64,000 nt of DNA, from assembly GCA_028864975.1 (NCBI GenBank), contig JAGWLG010000007.1, positions 60,842 through 124,841 on the forward strand, read 5' to 3'. Shown piece after piece: positions 1 to 8,706 of this stretch. The notes under the pieces are model-generated. The model did not search any database. It was not told the DNA's origin and saw nothing but the letters and a program-made list of their open reading frames with translations. Position 1 is the stretch's first letter, and each line of letters opens with the position of its first letter. Position numbers and translations under genes: made by a program. This DNA comes from Thermoplasmata archaeon. GTDB taxonomy: Archaea > Thermoplasmatota > Thermoplasmata > Lutacidiplasmatales > UBA184.

Positions 1-310
1 CGTGGACCACGTTCGTCAGGGCGGAGCTGGAGCCGTCACCGAAGGACCAGGAGAAAGAGTAGGGCGGCGTACAGCCCGACGCGCTCGCCCAGAAGACCAC
101 GGACCCGTTGAGGTAGTCTGTCGCGTTCGGGCTCTCGTTCCAATCTCCTGGCAGCGGGATCTCCATGCCCCAGGGTGTGTTGAACGGGCAGTAGCTCGAG
201 TGACCCAGGAACGCGACCAGGCCCGCCCCCGCGGCCGTCCCGGCTATCGCACCGACCAAGACGGCAACGAACGGGGTGACCCCCCGCTGGCCGTGGATGC
301 GAGGCGGCAT
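1..310 (-). CDS. Surface protein with PKD domain and class III (prepilin-type) signal peptide-like N-terminus; partial, runs off left edge
   Basis: Hand translation from ATG at 310 (absent from the ORF track because no stop falls in the window): MPPRIHGQRG-VTPFVAVLVGAIAGTAAGAGLVAFLG...SASGCTPPYSFSWSFGDGSSSALTNVVH. YSFSWSFGDG is a PKD signature. Confidence 0.8.
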   Translation of the reverse strand, partial: MPPRIHGQRGVTPFVAVLVGAIAGTAAGAGLVAFLGHSSYCPFNTPWGMEIPLPGDWNESPNATDYLNGSVVFWASASGCTPPYSFSWSFGDGSSSALTNVVH

Positions 311-480
311 GCGACACCCCCAAGAAACAAGGCTCGCATGCCTGCTTGAGCCTTCGGTCGAACCGGATTCATATCGACGCACGACGGGGCCAGGATGCCC
401 TGCTGTACAGGAGTCCCCTTCCTCTCAGGGAAGGAGACGAGGAACATGGGAACTAACCGGGGGGAAGCATTCCGATGCCG

Positions 481-1062
481 CTAGACCCCGTCCCTCTTGG
501 CGAGCATCCTCCGGAAGAGCTCCGCCTGCTCGATCGCGTCATCGAGCGCGTTGTGCGTGTGCTTGCGACCTGATCGAAGGTGGCTCGGAAGGTTCCCCTT
601 CCGAGTGCCGCGCCAGTCCGTGCCTCCTGCTCCCATCCAGAACGACTTCATGTCAAGGGAGTTCGGGCCGAAGAGGTTCGCGCCCTCCTCCTCCGTCAGG
701 AACTTGACCATGTACCAGCGAACAAACATCCAGTCGAAGGTCCCGAAGGAGGCGAAGACGGGACGTGCGGGCAGGACCTCGCGGACCCACCTTCCGAAAC
801 GACGCATCGCCTCGGCCGGCTCGACGCCCTCGGCCTCGAGCTTCGAAAGGTCGAGGCCGTTCACTCGCATCGCATCGGGGTCCGCCTTGGAACCTGGCAG
901 CGGTTGGAGCTCGACGTAGAAGGTCTTCGAGACCTCGCTCAGCCAACAGGCCCCGAGGGACACCATGGAGTACTCCCCGGGGATGGGGCCCGACGCCTCG
1001 ATGTCGACCGAGATCACCTCCTCTCGATAGCGTTGAGTCGGATCCTTAGGGGTCGCCTGCAT
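481..1062 (-). CDS. DEDDh 3'-5' exonuclease (RNase T/DnaQ-like)
   Basis: SVDIEASG (ExoI), FDW (ExoII) and HTHNALDDA (ExoIII). Start trimmed to ATG 1062, which has GGAGG just upstream. Confidence 0.85.
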   Translation of the reverse strand: MQATPKDPTQRYREEVISVDIEASGPIPGEYSMVSLGACWLSEVSKTFYVELQPLPGSKADPDAMRVNGLDLSKLEAEGVEPAEAMRRFGRWVREVLPARPVFASFGTFDWMFVRWYMVKFLTEEEGANLFGPNSLDMKSFWMGAGGTDWRGTRKGNLPSHLRSGRKHTHNALDDAIEQAELFRRMLAKRDGV

Positions 1063-1383
1063 GCTCCTCCATTCACCCGCCGCTCGATGAATCCATCGAG
1101 GGGCAGCGGGGTGAAGGGGCTTGGACCGCAACCCCTCGGACTCGGTCCGCTCGGCATGTGATCCGCGGGGAGGGACGAGCGCCGCGGTCAGACACGGAGC
1201 GCGACCGAGCGGTGCTCCGGGGCGGTAGAGCGTACCCCAGCCGGTCGCCGGCATTCACGTGTGGGGCGGACCAACAATGCCCTCTGCGCAGGCTCATTTC
1301 ATGGATCGCATCGTCTCGCACAGCCCGTCAGACGGAGGAGGCAGCCCATCTCAAGCAGCGGAAGGTCCGACGCTTGTACGCCG

Positions 1384-1704
1384 TCAAGTTGAGGGAGAGT
1401 GTCCAAAGAGCCACGACGCGGCGCCGACGGGCAACGAAGGGATCGCGGGGTTGGACATCGCGCTGACGACGAGGAGGTACAGGACGACGGCTAGGATGAT
1501 CGGTACGACAAAGAGGACGTTGAGGATGATCGCGATGACCTTCATGTCGTGGTCATCTCGGCTTTGGGCCACGGGCATGTAAGTCGGGACAAGAACGTAG
1601 GGAGGGGGCCCCGGGGGGGGAGGGTAGCCTAGGGGGGGCCCGGAGGGAAGCGGTGACCCCGGAGATGGGGGTGGGGGCGGCGGCTGGCTAAAGTTCGAGG
1701 CCAT
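1384..1704 (-). CDS. Small proline-rich single-pass membrane protein
   Basis: MASNFSQPPPPPPSPG...PPPYVLVP followed by hydrophobic VIAIILNVLFVVPIILAVVLYLLVV. Confidence 0.65.
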   Translation of the reverse strand: MASNFSQPPPPPPSPGSPLPSGPPLGYPPPPGPPPYVLVPTYMPVAQSRDDHDMKVIAIILNVLFVVPIILAVVLYLLVVSAMSNPAIPSLPVGAASWLFGHSPST

Positions 1705-1769
1705 GCTCGTCGAAGTACCCCTCTGCCGGTATGTAGAGCTGCTTCCCCGTCTATCACCAGTTAGTCGCG

Positions 1770-2264
1770 ATGATCGCGAGCACATCGACCGAGTCCACGG
1801 ATCAGGAGGCCGAGGCACGAACGCACTCTGTCCCGAACGGATTACCCCAGGGGAAGAACGTCGTGATCGTGGAGGGGCGTGGAGTCGCTGCGAGTGTTCC
1901 GACGACCGCGGAGGCCCTCAGGGCACCTCGCGGAGAGCGCGCGCGAGCAGCGGCCTCCCTCGTTTCCATCCTCACGGTTACGCCTCTCCCGCCGAGTCGG
2001 ACGGAGGGGGCAACAGAAGCGCAGTCACGGCCGCGACACTGCTCGTCAGGAGGCCCTCGTCGTCGGGCTAGATCAGAGGTGCGCTCCACGTGCCATGGAC
2101 CTGGACGGTGTCGGCTTGCGAGTCGGCCGCGCAGACCTCCGGAGAGAGCGACCCGGTCTGGAAGGAGCCCGACCCGCCCGTGCCGCGGGCTTCGTAGAGC
2201 ACCCGACCCCCCAGGTCCTCCACGAGGAACGTGGCGTCCGTGCCCCCCTCAGTGGACCACGTGA
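1770..2264 (+). CDS. Hypothetical protein, weak resemblance to small DUF5678-like domain
   Basis: GKNVVIVEGRGVAASVPTTAEALRA...SLVSILTV resembles that small archaeal domain. The 3' end overlaps the opposite-strand gene, so the call is doubtful. Confidence 0.3.
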   Translation: MIASTSTESTDQEAEARTHSVPNGLPQGKNVVIVEGRGVAASVPTTAEALRAPRGERARAAASLVSILTVTPLPPSRTEGATEAQSRPRHCSSGGPRRRARSEVRSTCHGPGRCRLASRPRRPPERATRSGRSPTRPCRGLRRAPDPPGPPRGTWRPCPPQWTT

Positions 2265-2631
2265 GGTGGTAGGTGGCCCCGGTCCGAAGGACCCCGTTCG
2301 TCCCTCCCGGATCGCAGACGCCGCTCCCAGGCGGCCCGTAGTACGGGACGTTGAGGGTGAAGGAGAAAGCCCGCGTGGTGGGTACCGTCACGCTCACGAT
2401 CAGTATCGCGGCGAGCACCGCCAAGGCCAGCAGCATTATGATCCTCCCTCTCCCGAGAAAGTACGCGCTAGAACGGGCGACGCGCTCGCGACCTGGGGTG
2501 AGCCGCAGAGGAGTGGTGAGCGTGGATGAGCCGCCCGTGAGCGGAGGCTGGAGCGGCGCGCCACATGAACGGCAGATCCCCTCGTCACGGAAGTGGAGGA
2601 GCCCGCACCGGGCGCACTCTCGTGCGGTCAA
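2068..2631 (-). CDS. Zinc-ribbon, single-pass membrane protein
   Basis: N-terminal CARC..CRSC, TM segment IIMLLALAVLAAILIVSVTV, then a beta-rich external domain. Confidence 0.7.
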   Translation of the reverse strand: MTARECARCGLLHFRDEGICRSCGAPLQPPLTGGSSTLTTPLRLTPGRERVARSSAYFLGRGRIIMLLALAVLAAILIVSVTVPTTRAFSFTLNVPYYGPPGSGVCDPGGTNGVLRTGATYHLTWSTEGGTDATFLVEDLGGRVLYEARGTGGSGSFQTGSLSPEVCAADSQADTVQVHGTWSAPLI

Positions 2632-2826
2632 TGATACCGGCTAGGATGTGAGCTCCCCATAGGTCTGCCGATTCGAGCAGCTCCCGGAGATGCGGGGCTG
2701 GAGTCGATCGGCGCGCTCGGGAAGATCCCGGTCATCCGTGCCATCACCCTCGAAGGTCATTCATCGCCCCGTGCAGCAGGGGAGCTCTTTGTCGGAGAAG
2801 GGTCCCCCGCGCCGGCAGTCCCGGAG

Positions 2827-2899
2827 TGCTCCTGGCGGGATTTGAACCCGCGTCAAAGGCTCGAGAGGCCTCTATCCTTGACCACTAGACTACAGGAGC
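2827..2899 (-). tRNA. tRNA-Glu(CUC), CCA not encoded
   Basis: Reverse complement GCTCCTGTAGTCTAGTGGTCAAGGATAGAGGCCTCTCGAGCCTTTGACGCGGGTTCAAATCCCGCCAGGAGCA folds as a cloverleaf with anticodon CTC and T-loop GGTTCAAATCC. Confidence 0.93.
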
Positions 2900-3101
2900 A
2901 GCGACGGACGGCCTACGTCCGACCCCTTTTGGCCCTTTCTGCTTCGACCCGACGGCCGGAGCGGGAGTGCGCGGCCGGTCGCTTCCCCGCCCGCAGAACC
3001 CTCCGGATGCTCCGGAATACGCATCTCAGTTCCCGAGAGGGAATCCGGTGTCACATCATGTCACGGAGTCAAGAAATACTACGTATCCAGTCCGAAGCCG
3101 T

Positions 3102-3548
3102 ATGATGGCGCCGGTCAAGGCCCGCACGGGCCACATTGTCATCGATGGGAAGAAGGATTTCCGGGAACTGACCAGGGTCTACCCCGAGATCCACCGGCGC
3201 GTGGTGGAGGCGAACCGACCTTTCCTCCGAGAGCCCGACCAGCTCATGCCTGAGATCCTGCTCGAGGAGAACCTGCGGGACATCAAGAGCGGAAGGAAAC
3301 CCTCGGGGTTCAACCGCCAGGAGGCGGCAGGGATGCGGCTCATCTTCCCCATCCGGGAGGACCGGAAGGTCGAGTTCTACGTTAGCCGCCCCTCCCGCTG
3401 CCAGGAGGTCGTCCAGCTCACCGAGTCCATCTCCACGGTCCTGAAGAAGGCCGGGCTCAAGCACAAGGTCGAGTATGACCGGCTCCCCAACTCGGTCCGC
3501 GGTGGTTCCTCCGGCGGGTACTCGGTCGAGCCGACGACCTCGAGCTGA
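3102..3548 (+). CDS. Hypothetical soluble protein
   Basis: Natural amino acid composition and genome-typical codon usage from ATG 3102 (MMAPVKARTGHIVIDGKKDF...). Confidence 0.7.
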   Translation: MMAPVKARTGHIVIDGKKDFRELTRVYPEIHRRVVEANRPFLREPDQLMPEILLEENLRDIKSGRKPSGFNRQEAAGMRLIFPIREDRKVEFYVSRPSRCQEVVQLTESISTVLKKAGLKHKVEYDRLPNSVRGGSSGGYSVEPTTSS

Positions 3549-3574
3549 ACCGCGGCAACCGTACTTCGCCCGAG

Positions 3575-3617
3575 CGGGGTCCGAGGCGGACCCGCGGCGG
3601 GTCCGCTTCGGGTCTCG
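3575..3617 (+). other. Long GC-rich hairpin between convergent genes (terminator or structured RNA candidate)
   Basis: GGGGTCCGAGGCGGACCCG-CGG-CGGGTCCGCTTCGGGTCTC forms a 19-20 bp stem. All four departures from Watson-Crick pairing are G-U on the + strand. Confidence 0.55.
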
Positions 3618-3619
3618 GT

Positions 3620-4489
3620 TCAACCCCCGCGTCGGAACGCCAGCGCGAGGAGGCGCAGGGTTCCCCCCACCGCTCCCGCGGGACCGGGCCGGGCGAACCA
3701 CTCGGGGTAGTCGGTCAGCTTGCGGAACCCCATCGCCTCGTACATCGGGCGTCCCTTCTGCGTCGCCTGAAGATAGGCGGAAGTGCAGCCCTCTTGCCGG
3801 CCAATTTCCGCGGCGGCTCGAGTGATCGCACGCCCGTAGCCTCGGTTCCGGAAGTCGCCTCGGGTCCCCACCATGTAGATCGATGCGACCCGATGGCTGA
3901 CCACGACCGCCGAGGAGGCGACCGGTTCGTCCCCTTCGTAGCCCACGAGCAGTCGGAATGCGGGGGTCTCCCGGTTCTTGACGTCCGGCACTCGGGGAAG
4001 GACCGCTCGGACCCCGAAGACCGGAAGCGAGAAGGCTTCCCCCACGACGCGATGGTAGTCGTGAAGCTGGTCCTGGTCCCGGACCATCTCGATCCGCAGC
4101 TTGCGGGGGCCAGGAGGCGCCGGGGCGAGAGGGGCGAGGGACATTCCGGGTTCGCCGGGGCCCGCCTTCAACCGGAGCGCCTCGGCAGGGCCGACAACGT
4201 CCCCCCGGACGCTGGCTGGGGTCACGCACCGCCACCAGGTGGTCCGGCCGAAGAACTTGCGCGCCGACCGGAGCACCTCCAGAGGGTCGGGGGGCGCGCG
4301 CGGAAGGAAGAGTACGCAGACGACCGGGACCGGCACATCGCATCGGCTCGCAAGCCCGCCTTCCGGGAACTCTTCGAAGCGAGCCCCTCGAGCGAGCCCG
4401 TCCATCGCCCGCATCCCGGCGAGCAAGCTCTCGTGGGAACGCACCAACAGGTCGGGCCCCGCTGCAGCCTCCACCGAAGAGCTTCCCAC
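3620..4489 (-). CDS. GNAT family N-acetyltransferase
   Basis: C-terminal GNAT motif A VGTRGDFRNRGYGRAIT and motif B LQATQKGRPMYEAMGF. Confidence 0.85.
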   Translation of the reverse strand: MGSSSVEAAAGPDLLVRSHESLLAGMRAMDGLARGARFEEFPEGGLASRCDVPVPVVCVLFLPRAPPDPLEVLRSARKFFGRTTWWRCVTPASVRGDVVGPAEALRLKAGPGEPGMSLAPLAPAPPGPRKLRIEMVRDQDQLHDYHRVVGEAFSLPVFGVRAVLPRVPDVKNRETPAFRLLVGYEGDEPVASSAVVVSHRVASIYMVGTRGDFRNRGYGRAITRAAAEIGRQEGCTSAYLQATQKGRPMYEAMGFRKLTDYPEWFARPGPAGAVGGTLRLLALAFRRGG

Positions 4490-4581
4490 GATCGATGGGG
4501 AACCCCCCTACACAAATCGTTCACGCTTCGCGGGGTGCACGAGCTTACAAGCCCACGGCTCTGAACCACGGCTGGGCTCCC

Positions 4582-5418
4582 TTGAAGATCGTCGTCGCGA
4601 GCCAAGAGGACCCTGTCGGCCGCGCCGTGGGGGAGCTCTTGGGAGCGGGAGAACCGACCGACCTGCGGGTCGGGGCCGAACGGATACGAAAGCTCTCCGA
4701 AGGACTCTACGTGTTGAAACGTGCGGGGCTCCACATCCACGACGCGAGACTTGAGCACGAGCTGCCGAGCGAGGTCGTGGTCCAGACCGAGGCCCTGATC
4801 TTCCCCTCCGTCCACCGAAGCGAGTCGAACCGCCCGGCCCTCACCGTGCACCCTCTGGGCAACCTGACCGACGAGGTGGAGGTGGGGGGGCTCCCCCTTG
4901 AGGTGAACCCGGTCCCCGCCCGACTCATGACCGAGGCTTTCCTCCGCTGGTACGACGCGGGGGAGCGGTTCGGGGTCGAGACGACCTTCGAGGCGACCCA
5001 CCACGGACCCCATCTTCGATCTCCCTCGTACTTCATCGAGATCGGAAGCACGGCCAGGGAGTGGGAGCGACCGGAGCTGCTGAAGGCGCTCGCCGAAGTG
5101 CTCCGGGGCCTGGGGACGGACCCGCTGGTGCACGCGCCCGTGGTCCTAGGGGTCGGTGGGGGACACTACATGCCCCGGTTCCGGGACCTTGTCCGAAGGC
5201 GCCAGCTCGCCGTGGGCCATCTCGTCCCGTCCCATCATCTCCCTTCCATAGGACAGGAGATGGCAGAACAACTCGTGGCGAGAACTCCTGGGGTCCAGGG
5301 GGTCGTTTTCGCGCGCGCCGACGACGCCCAGAGGTCCCCACTTAAGGAACTCCTTCCAGAACTACGCGAGAAGGAACTGCGCCCCCGGTCCTCCCAGGGC
5401 ACTACGTCAAACGCGTGA
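4582..5418 (+). CDS. dtdA: Archaeal D-aminoacyl-tRNA deacylase
   Basis: SVHRSES..LTVHPLGN, FEATHHGP, IEIGST and GGGHY motifs. Probable TTG start at 4582. Confidence 0.9.
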   Translation: MKIVVASQEDPVGRAVGELLGAGEPTDLRVGAERIRKLSEGLYVLKRAGLHIHDARLEHELPSEVVVQTEALIFPSVHRSESNRPALTVHPLGNLTDEVEVGGLPLEVNPVPARLMTEAFLRWYDAGERFGVETTFEATHHGPHLRSPSYFIEIGSTAREWERPELLKALAEVLRGLGTDPLVHAPVVLGVGGGHYMPRFRDLVRRRQLAVGHLVPSHHLPSIGQEMAEQLVARTPGVQGVVFARADDAQRSPLKELLPELREKELRPRSSQGTTSNA

Positions 5419-5466
5419 TCGCCAGCGGGGTAGGCGAGAGGAAAGGGTTGGGCGGAGGCGTCGACC

Positions 5467-5739
5467 CTACTGGGTCCTCTTCGACTTCTCCGCGGGGGCT
5501 CGGGGCTGGAACAGGAACGCTCCGCTCCGGTAGACCGCGCGGCCGAGCTTCAGGTCCCTCACGTTCGTGTACTTCGTGGGGCCCTTCGAGGCGGTCATCA
5601 GGGTGTCGATGACCTGTCGGAAGAGCGCGCTCTGGTTGATCTCGGGGTGGCGCTCGAGGAACTCGTTCTGCTCCCGGGTGATCGTGATGTTCTTGCGGAG
5701 CATGCCTGCGGCCTGGGCCTGGATCTCGGGTCCGGTCAT
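5467..5739 (-). CDS. Ribbon-helix-helix (CopG/MetJ-like) DNA-binding protein
   Basis: RKNITITREQNEFLERHPEINQSALFRQVIDTLM fits a strand-helix-helix pattern. A TATA-like box lies about 25 nt upstream of ATG 5739. Confidence 0.65.
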   Translation of the reverse strand: MTGPEIQAQAAGMLRKNITITREQNEFLERHPEINQSALFRQVIDTLMTASKGPTKYTNVRDLKLGRAVYRSGAFLFQPRAPAEKSKRTQ

Positions 5740-5740
5740 G

Positions 5741-5768
5741 AATGCACGTATGCGCATTGGGTATTTAA
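5741..5768 (-). promoter_or_regulatory. TATA-like box plus imperfect palindrome at the start of the RHH gene
   Basis: TTAAATA on the minus strand at 5768-5762. AATGCAC-GTAT-GCGCATT at 5741-5758 has 6 of 7 arm positions complementary. Confidence 0.45.
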
Positions 5769-5857
5769 TTGAACCGTTACTTGGAATCCCTTTGACGGGA
5801 GACAACAGCACGCTTCGCTAGGTCTTGGCACGCCTATCTGTCGAACTGGCCCTGCCC

Positions 5858-7177
5858 TTAGGGTCGTTTCCCGTCCTTTGGTCGGTCCTGACGAGGAGGA
5901 CCGACCGCCACGGCGAGCGGGGCCCCCCCGTTCCACAGGTGCTCGCGGGCCGCTCGCCGAACATCGGCGGGCCGGAGGGCTCGGAGCACGCGCGGCCATT
6001 GCTGGAAGTGGTCCAGGGGGAGGTCGAAGTACCCCACCTCCACCGCGAGTCCGTGGGCCTGAGTGGACGTCTCGAGCAGCAGGGGCAGGCTCCCCAGGAA
6101 GCTCTCCCGGATGCGACGGAGCTCGGCGGGGGAAGGGCCTTCCTCGGAGAGGCGGCGCACTTCCCCGGTGAGGAGCCGGTGGACCGTCTCCACGTGCTTC
6201 GGGTCGGTCCCGGCGTCCGCAGTCCACAACCCCGCCCAAGCGAGGGACTCGAGCTCGCTGCTCGCCCCGTAGGCGAGCCCCTCGCGCTCCCGGACGATCT
6301 GGAAGAGCCGGGAGAGGACCGACCGGCCACCTAGGATCTCGTTGGCGAGGGTCAGGGCGGGGAAGTCGGGGTGCCCCCGAACGGGGGCGGTCCCTCCAAC
6401 GACGACCTCGACCTGGGAGGTTCCGGGAACCGAGACATAGAGCAGCGGGGCGCGGTGAGCGGGTCGTGACAGAGGGACCTCGGGTGGAGGGAGCGCGGGG
6501 CCCCCGTCGAGGGCCCCGAACGTTCCTCGGAGCTTGCGAAGCAGCGTCGCAGGAGGCTCGTGGGTCGTGACGATGAGCTTGGCCCCTCGGGGAGTAAGGT
6601 GGGCGCGGTGGAAGTCCAGCAACCCTTCGCGAGTGAGGCGGGCAAGCGCCTCGGGGCTCCCAAGGGGGTTCCGTCGGTAGGGATGGGAGGCGGGCAGCAG
6701 CTTCTCGAGGAAGACCCGATCCGCTCGTTCGTCCGGCTGGGACATCTCCCGCAGGAGGGCCTCGCGCAGTTCGCGTCGGATCCGACGGAGCTCGGTGGGG
6801 TCGAGCCGAGGCTGGGTCAGAGCGTCGTATACGAGCGAGAGCACGGCCTCTTGGGCGTCCTGAGGACCGGAGGCCTCGATCTCCAACTTCTCCCAGGAGG
6901 CCCGTGCCGCGAAGGTCGCGGCGAGCCGGTCGATCTCTCTGGCAAAGTCGCGCTTGCTGCGCGTGCGGGTGCCCGCGTTCAGGAGCCTCGAGAGCGCCGT
7001 GGCCGTCCCTTCCTTCCCGGAGGGGTCCCTCGCGCTCCCCCCTTCTCCCACCCAGCTGACCGCGAACGTGACCGAGTTCGGGGGGGCCCGCTGATGGAAG
7101 ACAACCAGGCCGTTGGGAAGCTCGTGACGGGTGAGCTCGAGCGCAGGCGACGAGAGCATGGTGGGCTCCGGGCTCAT
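5858..7177 (-). CDS. M16 (pitrilysin/insulinase) family peptidase, non-catalytic subunit
   Basis: LPNGL, GTRTRS, GSPEAL and FQIVREREGLAYG features, but no HxxEH. ATGA overlap with the upstream partner at 7174-7177. Confidence 0.88.
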   Translation of the reverse strand: MSPEPTMLSSPALELTRHELPNGLVVFHQRAPPNSVTFAVSWVGEGGSARDPSGKEGTATALSRLLNAGTRTRSKRDFAREIDRLAATFAARASWEKLEIEASGPQDAQEAVLSLVYDALTQPRLDPTELRRIRRELREALLREMSQPDERADRVFLEKLLPASHPYRRNPLGSPEALARLTREGLLDFHRAHLTPRGAKLIVTTHEPPATLLRKLRGTFGALDGGPALPPPEVPLSRPAHRAPLLYVSVPGTSQVEVVVGGTAPVRGHPDFPALTLANEILGGRSVLSRLFQIVREREGLAYGASSELESLAWAGLWTADAGTDPKHVETVHRLLTGEVRRLSEEGPSPAELRRIRESFLGSLPLLLETSTQAHGLAVEVGYFDLPLDHFQQWPRVLRALRPADVRRAAREHLWNGGAPLAVAVGPPRQDRPKDGKRP

Positions 7178-8493
7178 GGGGCTCCTCCGGAGCGGGCCCC
7201 ATCCTGGACCTCGTAGCGAACGACGCACCGCGCCCCGTCGCGGAAGAGTCGTCGAGCCGCGTCGCGCAGGTCCGACGGTCGCACCTTGAGCGCCGCGTCG
7301 AAGATGCGATGGTCCCAGGCGAGGCTCCCCAAGCTGCGGAAGAACCCGAGCCGGAAGGCGGTGCGGGTGCTCCCCTCCCACGCGAGGGAAGCCCCGCGAA
7401 GCAGGCGTTCCTTGAGCCGCCGGAGCTCGGCGGAGGTGAGCAGGCTACGTTGGAGGCGTTCGCTCTCCGAGAGCAAGACCTCTTCGAGCCGTTCGACGCG
7501 TACTCCCGGCGCCGCCTGAGCGAAGAGGGAGAAGAGGCCGGGGTGGACGCGCGAGGGCCAGTCGCTACCCGCGCGTACCGCGAGCCCGCGGTCCACCAAC
7601 GCTTGGTAAAGGCGCGCGGTCGGGTGCTCCCGAGCACCTCGGAAACCCCCCGTGGGGTAGAGCGCGTTCTCTCCTCCCAGGTAGAGGTCCAGCATGAGCA
7701 GGGCGGCGGCGTGCGGGTCGCTCACGGCCGGCGCCTTCCAACCGATCCGAACCATCGGCGTCGAGCCGGGCCCCTTGAGCGTGGTCCGTCGCTCGCCCCG
7801 CTGTTCCGGCTCGACCACGTTGAGCGTCGGGTCCGCGACGGTCGAGTGGACCGAGGAGAACCTTCGTTCGACCTCCCTGCGCATCCTGGCGGGGTCGAAG
7901 CCCCCGACGACGACGAGCGTCGCGTTCTTCGGCCCGTAGAACTTGCGGTAGAACCCGTAGAGCGAGTCCCGGTGCATCCCCCGGATGTCCTGGACCGACC
8001 CGAGCGCGTCCCATCGGTACGGGTGCTCTCGGAACGCGAGAGAGTAGATCTCCTCCTCGACCCGGAAGATCGGATAGTTCTCGTTCCCTTCCCGCTCGGA
8101 CAGCACGATGGAGCGCTCCTTGTCGATCTCCTCGGAGGGGATGGTCGCCCCGGTCATCCGGTCCGCCTCGATGTCGAGGGGAGCGCTCGCGTGGTCCCGG
8201 GGAACGGTGGAGAAGTAGGCGGTGAAGTCCGCGTCGGTGAAGGCGTTCAGGACCCCTCCCGCCTCGACGATGGCGCGGTCCATCGCCCCCACGCGGTAAC
8301 GGCGCGAGCCCTTGAACAGCATATGCTCGAGCCAGTGCGCGGCTCCCGTCGTCCCGGGCGCCTCGTTCTTCGACCCTACCCGGTACCACACCCAGACCGA
8401 AACCACGGGAGAGGCTGGTCGAGGGACCAGCAGCACTTCGAGGCCGTTGCGCAGCACCCTGCGCTGGACCGGGGGTGCGTGGAGCCCGACCAT
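7174..8493 (-). CDS. M16 family zinc peptidase, catalytic subunit
   Basis: GAAHWLEHMLFKGS (HxxEH), NAFT, ERSIVLSE. Confidence 0.92.
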   Translation of the reverse strand: MVGLHAPPVQRRVLRNGLEVLLVPRPASPVVSVWVWYRVGSKNEAPGTTGAAHWLEHMLFKGSRRYRVGAMDRAIVEAGGVLNAFTDADFTAYFSTVPRDHASAPLDIEADRMTGATIPSEEIDKERSIVLSEREGNENYPIFRVEEEIYSLAFREHPYRWDALGSVQDIRGMHRDSLYGFYRKFYGPKNATLVVVGGFDPARMRREVERRFSSVHSTVADPTLNVVEPEQRGERRTTLKGPGSTPMVRIGWKAPAVSDPHAAALLMLDLYLGGENALYPTGGFRGAREHPTARLYQALVDRGLAVRAGSDWPSRVHPGLFSLFAQAAPGVRVERLEEVLLSESERLQRSLLTSAELRRLKERLLRGASLAWEGSTRTAFRLGFFRSLGSLAWDHRIFDAALKVRPSDLRDAARRLFRDGARCVVRYEVQDGARSGGAP

Positions 8494-8528
8494 ACGCGGC
8501 CGAAGAGTGGACCCTCTTAAGGTGTCTT

Positions 8529-8631
8529 CAGTTCAAGAGAGTCCCCGAGAAGTCACCCTCCGGGGAGAGTTTTCGGGTAGCACGCCGAGTTTTCGTGCGG
8601 ATACGAGTTTTCGGGGACGCTCTCAGTTCAA
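8529..8631. repeat. Cluster of short direct repeats in an intergenic promoter region
   Basis: GAGTTTTCG at 8567, 8587 and 8605, flanked by CAGTTCAA at 8529 and 8624. Confidence 0.6.
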
Positions 8632-8706
8632 AGCCCGACCAAGTTCGAGAAGAAGTTGAGGGCCGCGGGGAGCTCTACCCCGCGGCCCTATCCGTTGCCT
8701 GTGGGA

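Noticed and set aside
1158-1466. Possible small + strand ORF between the exonuclease and the Pro-rich gene
   Set aside because: It overlaps the neighbouring gene end, has no recognisable motif and has no clear SD or promoter.
1600-1690. G/C homopolymer-rich tracts (also 20000-20500 and 45360-45400) as G-quadruplex or phase-variable elements
   Set aside because: Explained by poly-proline coding on the minus strand.
2827-2870. att-site duplication of the tRNA 3' end
   Set aside because: No second copy was noticed within the window and there is no integrase.
5736-7637. 633-aa ORF, and similar long Arg/Pro/Gly-rich ORFs such as 3069-4343, 11626-13017, 28203-29498, 39284-40660, 42792-44318 and 51987-54323
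   Set aside because: Shadow frames of real genes in high-GC DNA. They have no motifs and overlap well-supported CDSs entirely.
8516-8660. Replication origin (ORB/mini-ORB) interpretation of the repeats
   Set aside because: No cdc6/orc1 nearby, no G-string ORB consensus and no extended AT-rich unwinding element.
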